From positions 34,555-98,554 of the forward strand of contig JAIPJF010000010.1 in the NCBI GenBank assembly GCA_021734325.1: a stretch of 64,000 nucleotides of DNA, in the 5' to 3' direction. Positions 58,927 to 64,000 of the stretch are shown one piece after another. The notes below the pieces were generated by a model. It saw only the letters and a list, made by a program, of their open reading frames with translations. It was not told the DNA's origin and ran no database searches. The translations under genes were made by a program, and so were the position numbers. The DNA comes from Fidelibacterota bacterium (GTDB lineage Bacteria; Fidelibacterota; UBA8477; JABMPR01). Every line of letters begins with the position of its first letter. Position 1 is the first letter of the stretch.

Positions 58927-60277
58927 CTCAGTACAAAATATTCACTTCGTCGGTATAGGCGGCATTGGAATGAGTGCCCTTGCTCTCCTATTGAACCAAC
59001 TGGGGAAAAAGGTGTCAGGATCAGATCAGGCTGAGAGCACCCTCCTTGATACATTGAGAATTGCTGGTATTCAGATTCATATTGGTCATGCTGCCGAATA
59101 CGCCATCAATGCCGAATTAGTTGTCTATTCGAGCGCGGTGAAGACTGATAATCCTGAACGCATGTACGCTGAGCAACACGGTATACCTGAGATACGCAGA
59201 GCGGAACTTCTGGGGCAGATCGCATCAAGTTATAAGCATACCGTCGCAGTTGCCGGGACTCATGGAAAAACGACGACCACGGGCATGTGTGGTCAAATCC
59301 TGGTTCAGGCCGGGTGTGATCCCAGTATTCTGGTGGGAGGCATTTTACCAAACTTAAAGTCCAATCTCCGATTGGGAAAACGAGATTACATTGTCGTCGA
59401 GGCTGATGAATATGATCGATCCTTTCTTGCCCTCCAGCCCGATAGCATCATTGTGACCACCCTGGAAGCTGACCATCTGGATATCTACAAAGACATCCAG
59501 GATGTCCGTGATACCTTTTTACAATTCATTTCGAAGTTGAGTCATGGCAAATCATTGGTTTTGCAGGGTGATGACTTGGAATTAGTCAATCTGGCAAAGA
59601 AAAGTCCTGTTCCCGTCGTCACGTATGGATTATCAGATATGGTTCATTATAGGGCAACAGGTCTCCATCTGGATACTTTTACCAGCTCTTTCAAGATCCA
59701 GAATCAGGGAGAACTTCTCGGTGATGTCACGCTAAATATGCCCGGTCGGCACAATGTGATGAATGCCTTGGCCGCAAGTGCCCTCACCCATCAAATGGGT
59801 ATTGAGTTTAAGCATATTAAAACAGGTCTGGAGTCATTCCGTGGAGTAGAACGCCGCTTCGAAAAAAGAGGTATCGATAAAGGAGTTCTGTTCATTGATG
59901 ATTATGCCCACCACCCGTCTGAGATTTCCGCAACCCTTGAAGCGGCCAGAAGTGGGTGGCCGAATTCACGGATCATTGCCGTTTTTCAACCACATTTGTA
60001 TTCAAGAACCCGCGATTTTGCGTCTGATTTTGCTGAGGCTCTTTCCAGGGCTGATATCGCCATAATAACCGACATTTATCCTGCTCGTGAGCGTCCAATT
60101 CCCGGTGTCAGCTCAAAACTCATTGCCGATTATTCCAATAAGGTGGAGTTGGTCGCAACCATTGCCGATGCCCATGCACTTTTAGCACCCCGGCTTCAAA
60201 AGGATGATATTCTCATCACCCTTGGTGCAGGTGATATCTGGAAACTCCATACATTTTTTCTTGGGGGCAACAGATAG
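58907..60277 (+). CDS. murC: UDP-N-acetylmuramate--L-alanine ligase
   Basis: IHFVGIGGIGMSALA N-terminus and a VAGTHGKTTTT P-loop. The supplied start is TTG at 58907, and GTG 58918 is an alternative. Confidence 0.9.
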   Translation: MLTPVFNSVQNIHFVGIGGIGMSALALLLNQLGKKVSGSDQAESTLLDTLRIAGIQIHIGHAAEYAINAELVVYSSAVKTDNPERMYAEQHGIPEIRRAELLGQIASSYKHTVAVAGTHGKTTTTGMCGQILVQAGCDPSILVGGILPNLKSNLRLGKRDYIVVEADEYDRSFLALQPDSIIVTTLEADHLDIYKDIQDVRDTFLQFISKLSHGKSLVLQGDDLELVNLAKKSPVPVVTYGLSDMVHYRATGLHLDTFTSSFKIQNQGELLGDVTLNMPGRHNVMNALAASALTHQMGIEFKHIKTGLESFRGVERRFEKRGIDKGVLFIDDYAHHPSEISATLEAARSGWPNSRIIAVFQPHLYSRTRDFASDFAEALSRADIAIITDIYPARERPIPGVSSKLIADYSNKVELVATIADAHALLAPRLQKDDILITLGAGDIWKLHTFFLGGNR

Positions 60278-61045
60278 ATGGCTAAAAGTGCGATCTATAA
60301 CATCCCCCCAACGAGTTGGGCGTTTACCACGGCTCTTGTCTTGATCGTGATAATGCTGGGATTCTTGAGTCTGAGCTATGCCAATTTCATGAGAACTGAC
60401 TCCATAAGAGCCATTAATGTATATGGACAACGGACGATGAGTCAGGAAAGAGTCAGCAGCTTGATTGATCCCTACCTTGGGAAACCATTAAGGGCACTCG
60501 ATCCTGGTAAATTACAGAATAGTTTTTTGGAATATCCACTGATTCGCAGCGCAAAAGTGACGAGACATTATCCGGATATACTGGATATTTATCTATATGA
60601 CATTCTTCCAGTTGCCTACATAAAACTGAACGAGATCATGACCCTCGATGACAAGGCAACACTGCTGCCACTCCCTGACAAGGGAATGCTTTACAATCTC
60701 CCGATCATTACAGGTATTCAGATCGAACCCATGACAACTCAAATCGGCACGACGATTTCTGACGAAACCGTCAATATGCTGATCAATTTTTTAAAATTAA
60801 TTCGCCGTGAATATCAAAATATTTACCTGGATATATCTGAGATATCCTATGACCGCAGGGGTGTCAAATTGATCTCTGCAACCAATGGAACGACTGTCTT
60901 GATGGGTAATGAAGATGACGCGGTTGTGAACAGCCAAATTCTTGCAGCATTCATATCTGAAGAATCTGATTCGGGGATAATCAGTCCCTACCAGTATATC
61001 GATCTGCGATTTGATCGTCAGGTTATCGTAAAGGAGCGAAATTAA
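60278..61045 (+). CDS. ftsQ: cell division protein FtsQ/DivIB-like (POTRA domain)
   Basis: N-terminal TM (FTTALVLIVIMLGFLSLSYA) followed by a POTRA-like region. Position between murC and ftsA. Confidence 0.7.
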   Translation: MAKSAIYNIPPTSWAFTTALVLIVIMLGFLSLSYANFMRTDSIRAINVYGQRTMSQERVSSLIDPYLGKPLRALDPGKLQNSFLEYPLIRSAKVTRHYPDILDIYLYDILPVAYIKLNEIMTLDDKATLLPLPDKGMLYNLPIITGIQIEPMTTQIGTTISDETVNMLINFLKLIRREYQNIYLDISEISYDRRGVKLISATNGTTVLMGNEDDAVVNSQILAAFISEESDSGIISPYQYIDLRFDRQVIVKERN

Positions 61046-61047
61046 TA

Positions 61048-62298
61048 ATGAATAGCCGTGGAATATACATTGGCCTTGACATAGGGACCTCAAAGGTTTG
61101 CGCCATCGCTGCTGAACCCGACCACGATGACATACTGAAGATCGTTGGAGTTAGCAGTTCACCTTCGACGGGTCTGCGAAGAGGCACCATCGTTGACATC
61201 GAAGCAACTTCCAACGCGATTCGTATGGCATTGGATGCAATCGAAGCCAGCGCAGGTATCAAGGCTCAACAGGTCACTGTTGGAATTGCTGGCGAGCATA
61301 TTTTCAGTTTGAACGCCACCGGTGTCATCGGTATAGCGGACTTGAGCAAAAAAAGTGGCGAAAAAGAGCTGGAGATCACAGAGGAGGACGTCGAGCGGGT
61401 TATTGAGTCGGCCAAAGCTGTTGGTTTGCCAAATGGTCGTCAAATTATCCATGTTATTCCTCAACAATTTGCCGTAGACGACGAAGGTGGGCTCAGAAAT
61501 CCCATCGGTATGAATGGTCGTCGTCTTGAAGCACAGGTACATCTGGTGACGTCTGCCACAGCAAGCACAAAAAATATCATTTCCACTGTCCGTCATGCCG
61601 GTTGTCAGGTCAAGGATTTCGTACTGGAACCAATTGCTTCCGCGCAGTCGGTACTTACCGAGGAGGAAAAGCAGATTGGTGTAGGCCTCATCGATATCGG
61701 GGCAGGAACGACGGATGCCATCGTCCTTTCAAAATTTGGTGTGGAGCATACAGTGTCTCTCCCCTTTGGCGGTAATCAGGTCACATCTGATATCGCCGGT
61801 ATCCTGAGAATTACAGAAGAACAGGCAGACGAATTAAAACTGAAATATGGTCATTGTTTCACTGAGGAAGCCAAAGCAGACAAGGTCTTCGACGTGAAGG
61901 GTGCTGGTGGCCGCCAGGATCGCAATCTAAATGAAGTTGAATTCTCCATGTACATCGAAGCTCGGATGGACGAGATCCTGAAATTGGTGAAAAGCAATCT
62001 TCAGGAAAATGGTATGCTCAAACATCTTCATTCAGGAATTGTGCTGACTGGCGGTGGATCCAAGATACCTGGTATCCTTCCCCTGACGGAGCGGGTGTTC
62101 GATCTCCCTGTGCGTCTGGGAAGTCCCATCGGTTTTAATGATGCGACTGGAATGATCGACAGTCCAGAATTCGCAACAGCAACCGGATTGATTGCATACG
62201 CAGCCAAATTTCAGTCAGAGGACACAAAACGAATAGATGGTAGTAGTCTGGCCAGTCTATTCACAAGAATTAAAGAGTTTTTTCAAAATAATTTTTAA
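61048..62298 (+). CDS. ftsA: cell division protein FtsA
   Basis: Actin-fold motifs (IGLDIGTSKVCAIAA; GLIDIGAGTTD; VLTGGGSKIPGI). Confidence 0.9.
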   Translation: MNSRGIYIGLDIGTSKVCAIAAEPDHDDILKIVGVSSSPSTGLRRGTIVDIEATSNAIRMALDAIEASAGIKAQQVTVGIAGEHIFSLNATGVIGIADLSKKSGEKELEITEEDVERVIESAKAVGLPNGRQIIHVIPQQFAVDDEGGLRNPIGMNGRRLEAQVHLVTSATASTKNIISTVRHAGCQVKDFVLEPIASAQSVLTEEEKQIGVGLIDIGAGTTDAIVLSKFGVEHTVSLPFGGNQVTSDIAGILRITEEQADELKLKYGHCFTEEAKADKVFDVKGAGGRQDRNLNEVEFSMYIEARMDEILKLVKSNLQENGMLKHLHSGIVLTGGGSKIPGILPLTERVFDLPVRLGSPIGFNDATGMIDSPEFATATGLIAYAAKFQSEDTKRIDGSSLASLFTRIKEFFQNNF

Positions 62299-62331
62299 TG
62301 AACGATCAAATACAAAACGGAGGTTACAAAC

Positions 62332-63582
62332 ATGTTATTTGAATTCGATAGTCTAAAGGAACAGAAAGCACGTATTCGGGTAATAGGTGTTGGCGGTGCC
62401 GGCAGCAATGCCATCGATCGCATGGTGGACTCTGCACTTTCCGGTGTAGAATTTATCGCTGTTAACACGGATGCACAGGCTTTGGAACACAGCAAAGCAG
62501 ATGTAAAGATTCAAATCGGTAAAACAATCACCAAGGGTCTTGGTGCCGGAGCCAAACTTCATGTTGGTGAAGCTGCAGCTGAAGAAGATTCACAATCAAT
62601 CGCCGCTGCCCTGGATGGTTCAGATCTCGTATTCATTACTGCTGGTATGGGTGGTGGTACCGGTACTGGAGCTGCACCCGTTGTTGCCAGAATCTCCAAG
62701 GAGATCGGTGCGCTTACCATTGGAATAGTTACCACCCCCTTCCGCTTTGAGGGTCCACCACGTGCAAAACGTGGCCGGGAAGGCGTTGAAAAACTCCGCG
62801 AATATTTGGACACCTTGATCGTAATTCCCAACCAACGTCTGCTTTCCATTGTTGAAAGAAGCACGAGCATGGTGGATGCGTTTCTTGAAGCTGATTCAGT
62901 GCTTCATCAGGCCACACGAGGTATCTCAGATCTCATTAACGTCCATGGTCTTATCAATCTCGATTATGCCGACGTGAAAACAGTCATGGAAGGCATGGGC
63001 GACGCCATTATGGGCACCGGTATCGCTTCTGGCGAGGAACGCGCTGTATTGGCCGCACAGACTGCTATTTCATCACCTCTGCTGGACGACACCAATATCA
63101 AGGGAGCACAGGGTCTCCTAATTAATATCACCGGTGGACCTGACATGACGTTGGCCGAAGTTGATGAAGCTTCCAATCTCATTTTTGATGAAGTTGGTGA
63201 GCAGGCAAATATCATCCTTGGCGCTGTCATTGATGAGAATATGAAAGATGAAATCCGGGTTACTGTCATTGCGACAGGTTTCCATCAGGCGGGTGAACTG
63301 CGTTTTGACCATCGAGATATGCAGCCTGCGCGAGCCTATCATCCAAACTCACAGATTGCTGAAGCAAAAGTACCTGCGGAAATAACTATTGATAGACCTA
63401 TTCCTGATTTCAAAGAGCCTGTCGTCGCCATGAGAATGGGTGCTCTGGGTAATAAGGAACGGATGGAATCTCCAGCGTATGAGCGCTTACAGGTGGAACC
63501 AAATAAGGATGTGATCATGCATTTCAGCGATGATCTCTCCGTCCCGGCCTATATCAGGCGCCAGGACAACATGAAACTGTAG
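62332..63582 (+). CDS. ftsZ: cell division GTPase FtsZ
   Basis: GVGGAGSNAI, the tubulin signature GGGTGTG and NTDAQAL motifs are present. The RBS is AACGGAGG, and there is a C-terminal variable linker. Confidence 0.95.
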   Translation: MLFEFDSLKEQKARIRVIGVGGAGSNAIDRMVDSALSGVEFIAVNTDAQALEHSKADVKIQIGKTITKGLGAGAKLHVGEAAAEEDSQSIAAALDGSDLVFITAGMGGGTGTGAAPVVARISKEIGALTIGIVTTPFRFEGPPRAKRGREGVEKLREYLDTLIVIPNQRLLSIVERSTSMVDAFLEADSVLHQATRGISDLINVHGLINLDYADVKTVMEGMGDAIMGTGIASGEERAVLAAQTAISSPLLDDTNIKGAQGLLINITGGPDMTLAEVDEASNLIFDEVGEQANIILGAVIDENMKDEIRVTVIATGFHQAGELRFDHRDMQPARAYHPNSQIAEAKVPAEITIDRPIPDFKEPVVAMRMGALGNKERMESPAYERLQVEPNKDVIMHFSDDLSVPAYIRRQDNMKL

Positions 63583-63765
63583 TAATACAGGGTATCACTT
63601 AGATACCATGCCCGCACAGGCGGGTGTTGTACAGCCTCCGTTTCACACAAGCCCTGCTCCTCTGGGAGTAGGGCTACTTCTAAACCCTGATAATCAATGT
63701 ACTGAATTAATTGAACAGATTTCTATTGAAACCACTGAGGGATCGAAGAGATTTCAATGCGTATT

Positions 63766-64000
63766 TTAAAGATCTCTGATAACTTTCCTGATCGAATCGC
63801 CAATATGATCAATTCCCGCTTCTGTGATTGTCAGTGCCGGAGCCAACCTCACTGTGGTCTTGTGTGTTTCCTTGGCATAAATACCATTCTCAAGCAGCTT
63901 TAGAGATACCTTATGGCCATCCAGCCCAGGTTTGTTAAACATCTCGAAAGCCGTTAGTAAGCCTGCACCCCTGCCTTCTTTGATCTTGTCTGGAAAATCA
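63766..64000 (-). CDS. class-III (ornithine/acetylornithine-type) aminotransferase, C-terminal fragment running off the window
   Basis: Reverse-complement translation gives …GRGAGLLTAFEM…VRLAPALTITEAGIDHIGDSIRKVIRDL*, the typical class-III aminotransferase C-terminus. The stop codon is at 63766-63768. Confidence 0.55.
   Translation of the reverse strand, partial: DFPDKIKEGRGAGLLTAFEMFNKPGLDGHKVSLKLLENGIYAKETHKTTVRLAPALTITEAGIDHIGDSIRKVIRDL

Noticed and set aside
63583-63765. Short hairpins (CCCGC-acag-GCGGG; ATTGAAA…TTTCAAT) between the convergent ftsZ and aminotransferase genes considered as terminators
   Set aside because: The stems are short or have long loops and lack clear U-tracts. 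They may contribute to termination but are not convincing enough to call as features.
1-64000. CRISPR arrays, rRNA/tRNA genes, transposases, integrases
   Set aside because: No regularly spaced short direct repeats, no recognisable tRNA cloverleaf or rRNA sequence, and no transposase (DDE) or tyrosine/serine recombinase ORFs were seen on reading the window and the ORF track.

Overview
This 64 kb window is a chromosomal segment from a bacterium, probably of the FCB superphylum. The phylum call rests on one gene: a gingipain-like C25 peptidase carrying a type IX secretion C-terminal sorting domain. Coding density is high. The right third (47.7-63.6 kb) is a complete division/cell-wall cluster: mraZ-rsmH-ftsL-ftsI-murE-murF-mraY-murD-ftsW-murG-murC-ftsQ-ftsA-ftsZ. 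A phased triple TGGGTA repeat upstream looks like an MraZ operator, and FtsI ends in a PASTA domain. The left end (0-11.5 kb, minus strand) carries oppA/B/C-like peptide ABC transporter genes. These are followed by a tightly packed seven-gene cluster that starts with a GlmL/MutL-like ASKHA ATPase and continues into membrane proteins and a partial ABC ATPase; its function is unknown. The middle holds housekeeping and accessory genes: cdsA, a TPR lipoprotein, a CobB sirtuin, MarR-DoxX-pirin, an M28/PA/PDZ peptidase, ferredoxin-NADP reductase, a DUF72 protein, an ECF sigma/anti-sigma/LTXXQ module, YhaM, MobA, YyaL, PpiD, Maf and RodZ-like. Four regions stand out as candidates for novel biology. 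First, a markedly AT-rich two-gene island (19.6-21.4 kb) encodes two membrane-anchored proteins of unknown function separated by a long imperfect inverted repeat. Second, a 1010-aa low-complexity lipoprotein is translationally coupled to a 645-aa beta-barrel-like protein. Third, a MotA-like stator gene is followed by two paralogous OmpA/MotB genes and preceded by a small heme-binding-domain protein, with no flagellar genes in the window. Fourth, the GlmL-like/ABC membrane cluster noted above. No rRNA, tRNA, CRISPR array, transposase or integrase was recognised. All calls come from reading the supplied ORFs and sequence by eye. No database search was run, so family assignments rest on remembered motifs.
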